DNA from: a virus
Strand: one strand, 5' to 3'
Length of the DNA stretch: 28,726 bases
IMG/VR virus record: IMGVR_UViG_3300005077_000936
Location: 1 to 28,726 of that record
A program made the position numbers and the translations under genes. This document shows positions 1 through 8,740 of the stretch, in pieces. Numbering within the stretch: the stretch's first letter is position 1; the number at the start of each line of letters is the position of its first letter. Under the pieces are notes generated by a model. It had not been told where the DNA came from. It ran no database searches and saw nothing but the letters and a program-made list of their open reading frames with translations.

Positions 1-1598
1 AAAGCACAAAGATGATGCTCAGAAGAACTAACAGGCATGTCTTCACTTCTTGTAATATTTACAACTTCATTGTTATAGTTCTTAATGGTTATTGGCTGCA
101 AAGCTGTACCATTTTTGTTTGCTATGTTGACAGCTGTAGTCAATTCATATGTACCTTCCCTAACATAGATTGTATCTCCTGCAACAGCATAAGATAATGC
201 TCTATTTATAGTAGCAAAAGGATAAAGAATTGTTCCTGACTGATCATCACTGCCATCAGCAGCAACATACCACTCACCTTCAGGTATATCCAAAACAAGA
301 ACTGTATGCTCTTGTGCAGTATAATACTTACCATCAGTAGCCTTTATAATGACTTCATAAGTATTATCACCATCAGCATCTTCAGGATTATCAGCATCAG
401 GTGCATTTAGTAGAAATTTAGAGGCATTAAATGACAGCACTCCAGAATTTTCATCAATAAGAAATTTATTCATATCAGCACCACCAACAATAGAGTATGA
501 TACATCCTGACTCTCAGGATCAGTGGCTACAACTGTATCAATAGCAGTATTATTTTCAAAAATTATGAATGATGACGTAGAGAATACAGGAGCTTCGTCA
601 ACATTAACAATATTTATTTCAATCACTTCATCATAGTCACCTGCTGCATTCGTAACTCTGATTTTAATATCATAGGTGTCTTTTGATTCATAATCAAATG
701 ATACTTCTGCAATAAGATAGGCTGTATATGTTTCAGCATTAGGATCAACATAAATACTAAAATCACCATTATCACCATATCCAATAGGTAAGGATATTCC
801 AACAACACGACTTTCAGAGATATAATTTATCCTTGCAACAGTATCACCAATAAGATTACCTTCAAATATCCAGTTCTTAAATAAACTGATTGATGTTGCT
901 ACTTCTGCTACATCAAGTATATTGATCACAAAAATCTTCTCAATGGAAATATTTCCATCACTGGCTTCAACTTTAATGGTATAGCTGTACTTTTCTTCAT
1001 AATTAAATATTTCATTTGTCAATAATTTATCATCCTCAATTGTAAATTTATCGTTATCAGTCCATATATCACTATCTATCAGGCTGTAAGTTACAGTACC
1101 TTTCTCTCCGAGTGAAGAAGAAAATTCTCCCACTACTGATCCTATTGGTAGACTTTCTTCAACATTAACACTGGTAAGCAGTAAAGTTGCAGGTAATGCA
1201 GGATTATCTTGTACTTCAATAATAAACTTTTTATTGGTGTAGACTCCTTCAGAATTTGTAGCCCTGATAATAACTTCATATTTATTGTCTTCACCAACAT
1301 CTACAGGATTGTCAAAATCAGTTATGATATTAAATGTTAATTCTCCTGTATTTTCATTAATTGAAACATGTTGGTAATCTACTCCTGAATAAATCGAATA
1401 GGTTATTTCTAATCCATTAGGGTCTACTGCTTCTATGATTGTTATGGCCTGAATAGCTTCTTCTACTTTTATTAAAGTAGGTGTAGTAAAGACAGGACTT
1501 CTCCCCCCTCTTATAACACTACTGCCATTAAAGTATCCATTAATAACTGGTGTACTTCCCAAATATATATTGAGAAGTTCTTTATCTCCTAATTTCAT
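1..1598 (-). CDS. Putative fibre/spike protein (3'-truncated by window): N-terminal docking motif, four cadherin-like repeats, then start of a right-handed beta-helix (pectate lyase-like/DUF1565-type) domain
   Basis: Absent from the ORF track because it runs off the window. Translated by hand from ATG 1598 with no stop (>530 aa): MKLGDKELLNIYLGSTPVINGYFNG... Cadherin motifs: DFDNPVDVGEDNKYEVIIRATN, FNYEEKYSYTIKVEASDG, FDYESKDTYDIKIRVTN, NVDEAPVF, DADGDNTYEVIIKATDG. Then WYVAADGSDDQSGTILYPFATINRALSYAVAGDTIYVREGTY. Confidence 0.85.
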   Translation of the reverse strand, partial: MKLGDKELLNIYLGSTPVINGYFNGSSVIRGGRSPVFTTPTLIKVEEAIQAITIIEAVDPNGLEITYSIYSGVDYQHVSINENTGELTFNIITDFDNPVDVGEDNKYEVIIRATNSEGVYTNKKFIIEVQDNPALPATLLLTSVNVEESLPIGSVVGEFSSSLGEKGTVTYSLIDSDIWTDNDKFTIEDDKLLTNEIFNYEEKYSYTIKVEASDGNISIEKIFVINILDVAEVATSISLFKNWIFEGNLIGDTVARINYISESRVVGISLPIGYGDNGDFSIYVDPNAETYTAYLIAEVSFDYESKDTYDIKIRVTNAAGDYDEVIEINIVNVDEAPVFSTSSFIIFENNTAIDTVVATDPESQDVSYSIVGGADMNKFLIDENSGVLSFNASKFLLNAPDADNPEDADGDNTYEVIIKATDGKYYTAQEHTVLVLDIPEGEWYVAADGSDDQSGTILYPFATINRALSYAVAGDTIYVREGTYELTTAVNIANKNGTALQPITIKNYNNEVVNITRSEDMPVSSSEHHLCA

Positions 1599-1609
1599 GG
1601 CTCTAAGAA

Positions 1610-1813
1610 TTAAAAGGTAAGATAAAGAGTATTGCTGTCAGCACTATCTCCAAGTTCTTCATACTCTTCTTGGGTGAGACAGACAATGTTTGTAGCTTTT
1701 GGAATAGAGGAAAAAGTATCAAACCTATTGGTAATGATATCACTTTTCTTCCTGTTAGTGATCATTTTTACTGTTTTGATCACTTCTGCAAATGTCATTA
1801 AGTATTTAGACAT
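1610..1813 (-). CDS. Small fibre adaptor protein (upper tail fibre C-terminal-type motif)
   Basis: 67 aa ending IVCLTQEEYEELGDSADSNTLYLTF, matching the LTQxEYxxL...DxNTLYxI motif that typically precedes genes with an IYLGST N-terminal motif, as the next gene has. Confidence 0.7.
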   Translation of the reverse strand: MSKYLMTFAEVIKTVKMITNRKKSDIITNRFDTFSSIPKATNIVCLTQEEYEELGDSADSNTLYLTF

Positions 1814-1850
1814 AGCGTTAGGATTTTAAGGTTAGTAAATTAAAGAACTA

Positions 1851-1858
1851 CAAATATA
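1851..1858 (-). promoter_or_regulatory. Bacteroidota sigma-70 -7 element (TATATTTG)
   Basis: Matches TAnnTTTG on the minus strand in the intergenic gap, ~40 nt upstream of ATG 1813. Confidence 0.6.
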
Positions 1859-1880
1859 AGCAAATTAAAACTTTTATTAG

Positions 1881-2567
1881 CTATTTAGGTTCAATATAAT
1901 AGCATCTTGCTCCTGTAACTAATTCTGACCATTCTGTGTCATCAATAACCTCAGGTATTAAATCACCATTTCGATATCTGGTTTCATTTAAATTACTTGC
2001 TAACCATACCTGAGTACCTATTTTGACAGTTAGATAAGACTTACCATCATTGCCTGTCATAATTCCTGTATCTGTATCATCATCTTTGACAAGTCTTACA
2101 GAAGAACCATCTTTTTTTTGTGTTATAGATGTTTCCAATGATTCAATAACTACGGAATCATATGCTATATTTACACATCGAGCAGAAGATTCAGCTGCTT
2201 CTGTTGCAGTCCAAAAAGCTCCATATTCTTTTAAAAAATCACATGATCCTTCACTGTCTCTATTTCCCCCTCCCCTTGCGTGGAATCCTACTTCATCTGT
2301 TGCACCTGTATTTGGTGGATCCCAATGTTCATTTCCAGTCTCCTTCAGTTTACCACCTGCTACAGTATTACCACCAAGATAGATCATTAATGTGTCCCAT
2401 TCTTCAGATGTTGGCACATGCCACCCTTCAGGAGCAATATTCCTTTCATCTGTAGCTGCATACCAATTATAAAATAATCCATAATCATGGGTTACAGGTG
2501 TAAATATACCTTCCTGCTTTCTATCAGAAAGGGCAAGAGATAATCTGTTATTTAATCCATGAGTCAT
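1881..2567 (-). CDS. FISUMP (Fibrobacter succinogenes major paralogous domain) protein, circularly permuted; putative head fibre
   Basis: Motifs YGLFYNWYAA, PEGWHVPTSEEW, AGGKLKETG..HW..PNTGAT, GSSVRLVKD and, after them, DGKSYLTVKIGTQVWLASNL..TRYRNGD.IP. Confidence 0.85.
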   Translation of the reverse strand: MTHGLNNRLSLALSDRKQEGIFTPVTHDYGLFYNWYAATDERNIAPEGWHVPTSEEWDTLMIYLGGNTVAGGKLKETGNEHWDPPNTGATDEVGFHARGGGNRDSEGSCDFLKEYGAFWTATEAAESSARCVNIAYDSVVIESLETSITQKKDGSSVRLVKDDDTDTGIMTGNDGKSYLTVKIGTQVWLASNLNETRYRNGDLIPEVIDDTEWSELVTGARCYYIEPK

Positions 2568-2568
2568 T

Positions 2569-2862
2569 TTACCAATAGATTATGATACCTGAAGCTGTTG
2601 TTGCATCATCAAAGATTTTTTTTACTCTGAATCTGCTGCAAACACCAGCAGTTACAGTAACAGTAATATCTTCACCATTTACAGTAGTGGCATGAACATC
2701 TCCATCTGATGCTACTTCAAAGTATCCGGGCTGTGGAAGATTAACATCATCAGCAGGAGTACAAATATAAGCACCATTGCATACAGCAGTACTTTGTTTG
2801 CGAAGAAGATTAATGATGGTTTTAATAAGTTTTTCCATTGGTGTAAGTATTAATTGTGACAT
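2569..2862 (-). CDS. Spike base protein, Rcc01079 (RcGTA head spike base)-like
   Basis: 97 aa with TPADDVNL..., GDVHATTVNG, AGV...RVKKI...TTASGII, the pattern recalled for the Rcc01079 family (TPSD..DL / GDV.V / AG..LP.RV.RV..TGTTA.GIV). Confidence 0.7.
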   Translation of the reverse strand: MSQLILTPMEKLIKTIINLLRKQSTAVCNGAYICTPADDVNLPQPGYFEVASDGDVHATTVNGEDITVTVTAGVCSRFRVKKIFDDATTASGIIIYW

Positions 2863-3146
2863 CCAAAAGGATCACTAACTGTAGATTGGTTAATAAATGT
2901 TGCAGTATTAAGATCAAGTCCTGTTTCTACAGATTTAATGTAGTTGTAAAACATCTCAAGCCTTATTTCAAAGGTATAATCATTCATAGTTTCAAGCTGA
3001 CTCTCTGTAACAGTGGGAAATATAGTGTCAGCATATACAAAGAGATTCATCCCATTATATGTCTTGGGATATCCTGTCATAATTACACCATCTCTGTATT
3101 TGTAGATAGTTATGACAAGTGATCTTTTTATTCCGTTATTTTCCAT
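2850..3146 (-). CDS. Hypothetical virion protein, paralogue of the N-terminal domain of 3146-3751
   Basis: Start likely ATG 3146 (MENNGIKRS, TAATG coupling); aligns with MSDNNGTKRS...GYPKTY.G of the upstream gene. Confidence 0.7.
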   Translation of the reverse strand: MENNGIKRSLVITIYKYRDGVIMTGYPKTYNGMNLFVYADTIFPTVTESQLETMNDYTFEIRLEMFYNYIKSVETGLDLNTATFINQSTVSDPFGCHN

Positions 3147-3751
3147 TATACCTTTTGACAAACATAGTTAGAGAATGCAATGCTGTAAGTAATCTCATAA
3201 GAGACACTGAATTCTGCAACAAGTTCAATATTCTTTGTTGCTGAGAAGGTATATATGGCACTGAGCTCCTGAGTAGGAGTTCCACCTTCTTCTGTTACTG
3301 TCCAGTAATCAAATTGTGCTCCTGATGCAGGAACTGCTCTTACAGTTACAGAATCATTTTCATATGCAATTGTAGAGCCATATACTGCCCCAAGTGCTTC
3401 GTTGTTTGATGTTACATCAACAACATAATAACTTGAAGGTAATGGACAACCTGTAAGGTCAACAATCTCTGCTTCTGAACCTGCAATAATATCAGTATCA
3501 AAGTCAAGACCTGATTCTTGTGACTCTACCCACAGGATAAAATCAGCAAGCCTTGCCTGATAAGTAACATCACTCATTTCTGCAAGCTGAGAGTCATTAA
3601 TAGCAGTATACTCTGTACCTGTCCAATCTGTCCATGTTGATGATGCTGTCATTCCATCATAAGTCTTAGGATAGCCTGATGCTATAACAGCTCCTTCATA
3701 TTTGGTAACTACTACCTTAAGTGATCTTTTTGTTCCATTATTATCTGACAT
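3146..3751 (-). CDS. Hypothetical virion protein with C-terminal InlB B-repeat/Flg_new-like domain
   Basis: 201 aa; VTVRAVPASGAQFDYW...YTF...NIELVAEF is typical of the divergent InlB B-repeat. Confidence 0.7.
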   Translation of the reverse strand: MSDNNGTKRSLKVVVTKYEGAVIASGYPKTYDGMTASSTWTDWTGTEYTAINDSQLAEMSDVTYQARLADFILWVESQESGLDFDTDIIAGSEAEIVDLTGCPLPSSYYVVDVTSNNEALGAVYGSTIAYENDSVTVRAVPASGAQFDYWTVTEEGGTPTQELSAIYTFSATKNIELVAEFSVSYEITYSIAFSNYVCQKV

Positions 3752-3762
3752 GGCAATTAGTA

Positions 3763-6045
3763 TTATGGTGTTGGTATTATTTGTATTCCCTCTTCTATTT
3801 CGTAGACAATCACATAGTCACCAGGATCTGTAAACATACATCCTGTAACAGGATCAAGCATATTTATGAGTCTCCAGTTATTCTCAGGATCAGCTGTATC
3901 AGTTATAACTACTCTGACATAGAACCTATAATATTTATCAAAATAAACATTGTAGAATGGATGTACATATCTGCACCATGAAGAATTATCAATGTCACAG
4001 ATATCCTTATGTACAGGTTGTGCCATTTCATGATAGAAGTAGAAATCACTTTGAGTATCATCATATGCTATAGCATAAATATACTCTATTCCTATTGGTT
4101 GTAAATATGATGCCTGAGTTGAGTAGCTAAAATTAGCAGTATCAATGGTAGCCTGATAATAAGAAATTCTTGTATCTGCCTGTGAATGGCTATCATTGCA
4201 CTCTACATCAGGAAGTCCATTTGTTGTATTAAGTAGTGATATAGTAAGCTTCTTCTCTGAATCATTCCAAGTTATGGTAGAAGAGAAATGTGCCCTTAAG
4301 TAGATAGTAGCTCCTACATCACTACATCCTGTAGCAACTTTTATGTTAAACAAGAAATTTCTGTAATGATTTATATTACTATTGAGTGGAGAATAGTTGG
4401 TATAATAGGTTGTTGCAATCAGAGCATTATAATTGTTTTTATACCTATCATAGTCAACAGTTTGTTCAAATATTAATGTTATTACATTTCCTACTTTGCT
4501 GATTGTAGCTGAACCTGTCTGATTTACACAAGATAGTGCAGTTCCATATGATCCAGCAGTACAAGCAGTTCTTTTCCTCATCTTTACTGTCTGAGTAAGT
4601 GCTCCTGTTGTAGTAACAGTACCATTTGAAGAGCCCATATAAGAACTGTGATACTTAAATAAATCACAGGTAGCATGATTAAAGGAAGCAAGCATATCAA
4701 ATGTTACCACATAATTACATGTAGCTTCATCCCAAACCATTACAGGAGTAGTATCATCAATTATATTTGCATCAGGATCAATGCAATCACATTCAAAAGT
4801 AGTGAGACATTTAAAGTATAAGCTCCAGCTTGTTGCAAGATTTTCTGGTTCCATTATTCTTGGAGTAACGTGAATCAGAAGATAATCTCCAAGAGTATAA
4901 GTAAATTCAGTTAAGTCACATACACATTGAATGCTTTGAGAACTGAACCTTTTTGGATTTGCATTATAATCTGTACTGTTCTGTTGTGATCCTATAATCC
5001 ATTCATCAATGACAACAGGATTTTCAGGATCAAGTACTGACACATAAGATATAGTTACTTTATCAGCAACTGCAAGTGCATAAAACCAATATGCAAAGTA
5101 ATTGGTACTTCCATCATCAGAAAGCATGAATACAAATTCTCTCTCTGCATCCTGAAGCGGATCTACATTTGCAGTAAAACTTACTACCATTGGATAGGTA
5201 GGATTTGTACCTTGTGTAGAAGAACAATTGATTTCATCTACTGTGATAAAATCAAGACATTCTATTAAATCAGGAGCATATCTTGAACCTTGTTCATAGG
5301 AAGATGTATACTTGTAGAAGTTAATCCAAATGTACTCTATGACAGGATAAAGGTCTCCTGACATTACAGGCTCATCAGTAAATGGATGAGTTGCCTGAAT
5401 AAGAGGGTCACTTCCCACTCCTGTTCTGAATACAATATCTCCATCAACACTTCCGAGATGCCAAGAAATAAGATAATCTCCTATTTCATTTCCTAATGAT
5501 ACAACCTCTCCTACACTAAAAAGACCTACTCCACCCTCATAAGATTCAAAAGCAAGACTAAAGTCATCACATGGAGTATAAGTAAGATAACATATTTCTT
5601 CATTTGTCACGCAAGGGACATAATCTTCATCTTCAGGAACATTTGGTTTTGTCTGCCCTGTAGGAAGATTAGTGGAAACATAATATTCTGTAAGAGTATT
5701 ACAGCAATACTGGCCCGTATTTTCCTCTTCTTCTGTTTCACATTCCCACTCTGAACACTCCCAATATGTTGCAGGTGGAGGTACTATAATTTCTTCTTCC
5801 TGACATACATGATCAATAAACTGTATTCTCATGTATTCTATAGGAACATCTTCTTCATCTGGGTCAATTACAACTGGAGGATCTGTACTGCAATCAACAT
5901 GACTTCTTACTTGAGCAAGATAGTATTTTGATATATCACAATATCTTACAGGATTACAAGCAACCCCATATTTTTTCTGTGATATAAAAAGATGTGCTAT
6001 ATCAAGCAGATCACAGCAATCTATGTTACAATCAATTGCAACCAC
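3763..6045 (-). CDS. Large Cys-rich putative virion structural protein
   Basis: 760-aa ORF (GTG start overlapping the upstream stop), beta-rich and acidic with many Cys pairs; lies in the structural operon. Confidence 0.7.
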   Translation of the reverse strand: MVAIDCNIDCCDLLDIAHLFISQKKYGVACNPVRYCDISKYYLAQVRSHVDCSTDPPVVIDPDEEDVPIEYMRIQFIDHVCQEEEIIVPPPATYWECSEWECETEEEENTGQYCCNTLTEYYVSTNLPTGQTKPNVPEDEDYVPCVTNEEICYLTYTPCDDFSLAFESYEGGVGLFSVGEVVSLGNEIGDYLISWHLGSVDGDIVFRTGVGSDPLIQATHPFTDEPVMSGDLYPVIEYIWINFYKYTSSYEQGSRYAPDLIECLDFITVDEINCSSTQGTNPTYPMVVSFTANVDPLQDAEREFVFMLSDDGSTNYFAYWFYALAVADKVTISYVSVLDPENPVVIDEWIIGSQQNSTDYNANPKRFSSQSIQCVCDLTEFTYTLGDYLLIHVTPRIMEPENLATSWSLYFKCLTTFECDCIDPDANIIDDTTPVMVWDEATCNYVVTFDMLASFNHATCDLFKYHSSYMGSSNGTVTTTGALTQTVKMRKRTACTAGSYGTALSCVNQTGSATISKVGNVITLIFEQTVDYDRYKNNYNALIATTYYTNYSPLNSNINHYRNFLFNIKVATGCSDVGATIYLRAHFSSTITWNDSEKKLTISLLNTTNGLPDVECNDSHSQADTRISYYQATIDTANFSYSTQASYLQPIGIEYIYAIAYDDTQSDFYFYHEMAQPVHKDICDIDNSSWCRYVHPFYNVYFDKYYRFYVRVVITDTADPENNWRLINMLDPVTGCMFTDPGDYVIVYEIEEGIQIIPTP

Positions 6046-6865
6046 AATCTTCTGTATTAGCGGTTAGTGGAAGTATCCTGTCAAGAAAGTTAAAGATATC
6101 AAGCATCTTGCTGCAATCACAGTTGCAGTTTGAAGCCTGAGTAAGAGAGTAATGAAGCATTAAATAATCAAGATATGATTTATCAGTTCCACACTCTATG
6201 TCATCATTAAGAATTAATCTGCACTTGAGGGATATATCAAGGAAGTAACATCCCTCTTCAGTCTGGTCAACTCCTCCCACAAGAGAAATAACAAGTTCAA
6301 TATTATATACCCCATCAACAAAAGCATCAAGACCGAAAAATGTAGGAGTAATGATAATACTATCCCCACCAAGTAAAAGACCTGTGTCATCATAAAGGGA
6401 AAAGTAAGCAATTTGATTTGAAGTTGAGTAAGTATACTCTGCTGTATACATAATGATATGTGCAGGAAGACCAGAAAGAGAATAATGTATCATTCCATTG
6501 GTAAGCCCAAGAGACTGAGAAACACCTGTTATCCCATACACTGCAAGTTGTGCAGTTACCTGATTCTGAACTACTGTTCCTGCTCCTACATTATCAAGAA
6601 CTATATCACCATTAAGAAGGTCAAATACCTGAGAAGTGATAATATTCTTGATATAGATATGATTCAACACTGTAAGGGAAGATAACGGAATTCCATCTAC
6701 CATATAGGTTCTTGGTGATGATACAGATGCAGTAACAGCTACAGGATCATTACCGTTGTAAGAAGCTGTAACTGTTACTGAACTGATTGAATTTGCTATG
6801 AGCCCTGCTTCATATTGAGAAGATTCAAGCACTATAAGCTTGCCTTCTATGTCTGAAATGGTCAT
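6032..6865 (-). CDS. Putative virion structural (tail/fibre-docking) protein
   Basis: 277 aa, beta-rich with a helical Cys-rich C-terminus (CNCDC...CGCN); follows the capsid module. Confidence 0.65.
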   Translation of the reverse strand: MTISDIEGKLIVLESSQYEAGLIANSISSVTVTASYNGNDPVAVTASVSSPRTYMVDGIPLSSLTVLNHIYIKNIITSQVFDLLNGDIVLDNVGAGTVVQNQVTAQLAVYGITGVSQSLGLTNGMIHYSLSGLPAHIIMYTAEYTYSTSNQIAYFSLYDDTGLLLGGDSIIITPTFFGLDAFVDGVYNIELVISLVGGVDQTEEGCYFLDISLKCRLILNDDIECGTDKSYLDYLMLHYSLTQASNCNCDCSKMLDIFNFLDRILPLTANTEDCGCN

Positions 6866-6884
6866 TGTAGACAGAATTAGAAAT

Positions 6885-6911
6885 TAAAGTAAAGGGGAGT
6901 GATACTCCCCT
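6885..6911 (-). terminator. Intrinsic terminator after 6924-7958
   Basis: AGGGGAGT-GAT-ACTCCCCT hairpin (6893-6911) followed by a T-rich tract on the minus strand. Confidence 0.75.
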
Positions 6912-6923
6912 CTACCATCATCT

Positions 6924-7958
6924 TTAAGAACCATAGTTGCTGATAGTACCTTGTGTCTGTTCCTGAGCAGTAACAAGGTAGGTCTGTGCCATAGTAACCA
7001 AAGTGTCAATCAATGTTTGATATTCTTCTTCGTCAGGGATGGCAACCAATGTTTCCATTTGGTTGGAATAGTTAAGGAATCCTCCTGAGGTTGACCTGAA
7101 ATTCCAATTCATCCACATTTGCCAGTAGGAGGTATTTGCATCAGCATCAGGTGTAAATCCTGAATTACGAAACAGACCATTAAGCTGTGAATCACGGTAA
7201 ATTCCTGTTTCACCCCAGCCTGCTGCTACATATTCATGTCTTTGGATGTCATATCCTGAACCTTCCTCAAATACAGGAGGAGTAACAGTAACAGTAATGT
7301 TTGCAATATCTGTTTCAAAGTCCCCTTTGAGACCAAGAGTGCAGGTAAACTGCCTGATAAAACTGTAACGGGGATTAATGCCTGCAAGACTTGCCTGCAA
7401 TGTTTCAGATCCAACAACAACAGTTACAGCAACATCACCAGTATTAGATGCTGTTAAAATTGCTTCATCATCGTTGTTAATTTCTGCTGCAACAAGATCA
7501 CAGAAATCAGCTAATGCATAACTTCCTGAACCATTGGATGGAACATCAACAGTAAAGGTTTTGGAAGGATTTTGAAATCCATTGAGGCTCATTGTTTGAC
7601 CACTCATGAATTCAAAGTGCAGAACATAACTTCCACCGTACTGGGGATCAAAGCTTGTCAAATCAATGTAAAAAGTTTGATCATCTGCCCCTACAGGAGC
7701 CATACTATCTATCCTGTTGATGAGAGTTTTGGGAATATATTGTCCTGCTGATTTTTTTACTTCCTGATTGCCATTGCCGTCAATTGCACCAACTGCAAGG
7801 TAAAACTTGTCAGGCAAAGTTGATCCTGTTACAGAGAGATTGGTTTCAGCATCAAAGATACCAAGTTGACCTGTATTAAGATCACTCAAAGTTTGACCTG
7901 CTCCAAGCAAGTCGGCATAAGAAACAACAAGAGCCTGAAAAATAGGGTTAGTGTTCAT
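6924..7958 (-). CDS. Putative auxiliary capsid (stabilising/decoration) protein
   Basis: 344 aa. Position three genes after MCP as in crAss-like capsid modules; GQLGIFD N-terminal pattern; followed by a terminator. Confidence 0.55.
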   Translation of the reverse strand: MNTNPIFQALVVSYADLLGAGQTLSDLNTGQLGIFDAETNLSVTGSTLPDKFYLAVGAIDGNGNQEVKKSAGQYIPKTLINRIDSMAPVGADDQTFYIDLTSFDPQYGGSYVLHFEFMSGQTMSLNGFQNPSKTFTVDVPSNGSGSYALADFCDLVAAEINNDDEAILTASNTGDVAVTVVVGSETLQASLAGINPRYSFIRQFTCTLGLKGDFETDIANITVTVTPPVFEEGSGYDIQRHEYVAAGWGETGIYRDSQLNGLFRNSGFTPDADANTSYWQMWMNWNFRSTSGGFLNYSNQMETLVAIPDEEEYQTLIDTLVTMAQTYLVTAQEQTQGTISNYGS

Positions 7959-7982
7959 GTGTATTAGTTTAAAGAGTTAGTA

Positions 7983-8735
7983 CTAATTATTCATTTTCAT
8001 TTTTGCCTGCTTAGCCTGAAAATCAGCAAGCAAATCACCTGTTGTTATGAGGACTGCCAAATCCACTATCTCCTTATGAAGGGTCTCAGGTAATTCACAA
8101 TTTTGGTATCCTGAGAGAACAGTTCCATCAGGAAGAGTGTAAGTGCCACCCACTGCATCATCAGCAGAATGAATGTACTTTGGTTTACGAAGGTAATTCA
8201 ACAGCATTGAACTAATTTCAAAGCTGTCATCAGTATAGGCATATATTACTGATAAATTAACAGAGGTTGGTGCATCAGGCAGAGGTATTGTTGTAATGGA
8301 AGAGAAGAGAATATTAACTTCTTCCCATTCAAAGGAACTTACCGTAAATGTATCAGTCTCAAATTCAGTTTCATGCCTTACTATATTTGACCTTATGTAC
8401 TTGCTACATTCTCCTTTTGTGCACAATATTTTCGAAGAAACATGATGCATATAGTCATTGGGGAGAGTAAACATATACCTATTGTCTACCTTCTGTGCAC
8501 TAAGACTTAAGTTATCAACCATGATAGTCCTTAAGTCATCAATACTTCTTTGGTTGACTTCAAAGCTTACTCCTTGAAATATTCTTGGAAAAGCTATAAG
8601 CCTGATCAATATATCCTGAGCTTCGTTAAGCTTCCAGTCTATTTCCGGCACACGGAAATTTCTATACTTCTGTGAATCAATCTTATTGATCTTCACCTTG
8701 AAGTCATAGTGCATATTTCGTGTCAGGTTTGCCAT
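7983..8735 (-). CDS. Putative tail ring / head-tail adaptor protein
   Basis: 250 aa: EIDWKLNEAQ, IDDLRTI, LPNDY, YLRKP, CELPETLHKEIVDLAV, as recalled for crAss-like ring proteins. Confidence 0.7.
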   Translation of the reverse strand: MANLTRNMHYDFKVKINKIDSQKYRNFRVPEIDWKLNEAQDILIRLIAFPRIFQGVSFEVNQRSIDDLRTIMVDNLSLSAQKVDNRYMFTLPNDYMHHVSSKILCTKGECSKYIRSNIVRHETEFETDTFTVSSFEWEEVNILFSSITTIPLPDAPTSVNLSVIYAYTDDSFEISSMLLNYLRKPKYIHSADDAVGGTYTLPDGTVLSGYQNCELPETLHKEIVDLAVLITTGDLLADFQAKQAKMKMNN

Positions 8736-8740
8736 AATAG

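Noticed and set aside
1881-2567. Diversity-generating retroelement
   Set aside because: Target-type fold present, but no reverse transcriptase or template repeat seen in the window.
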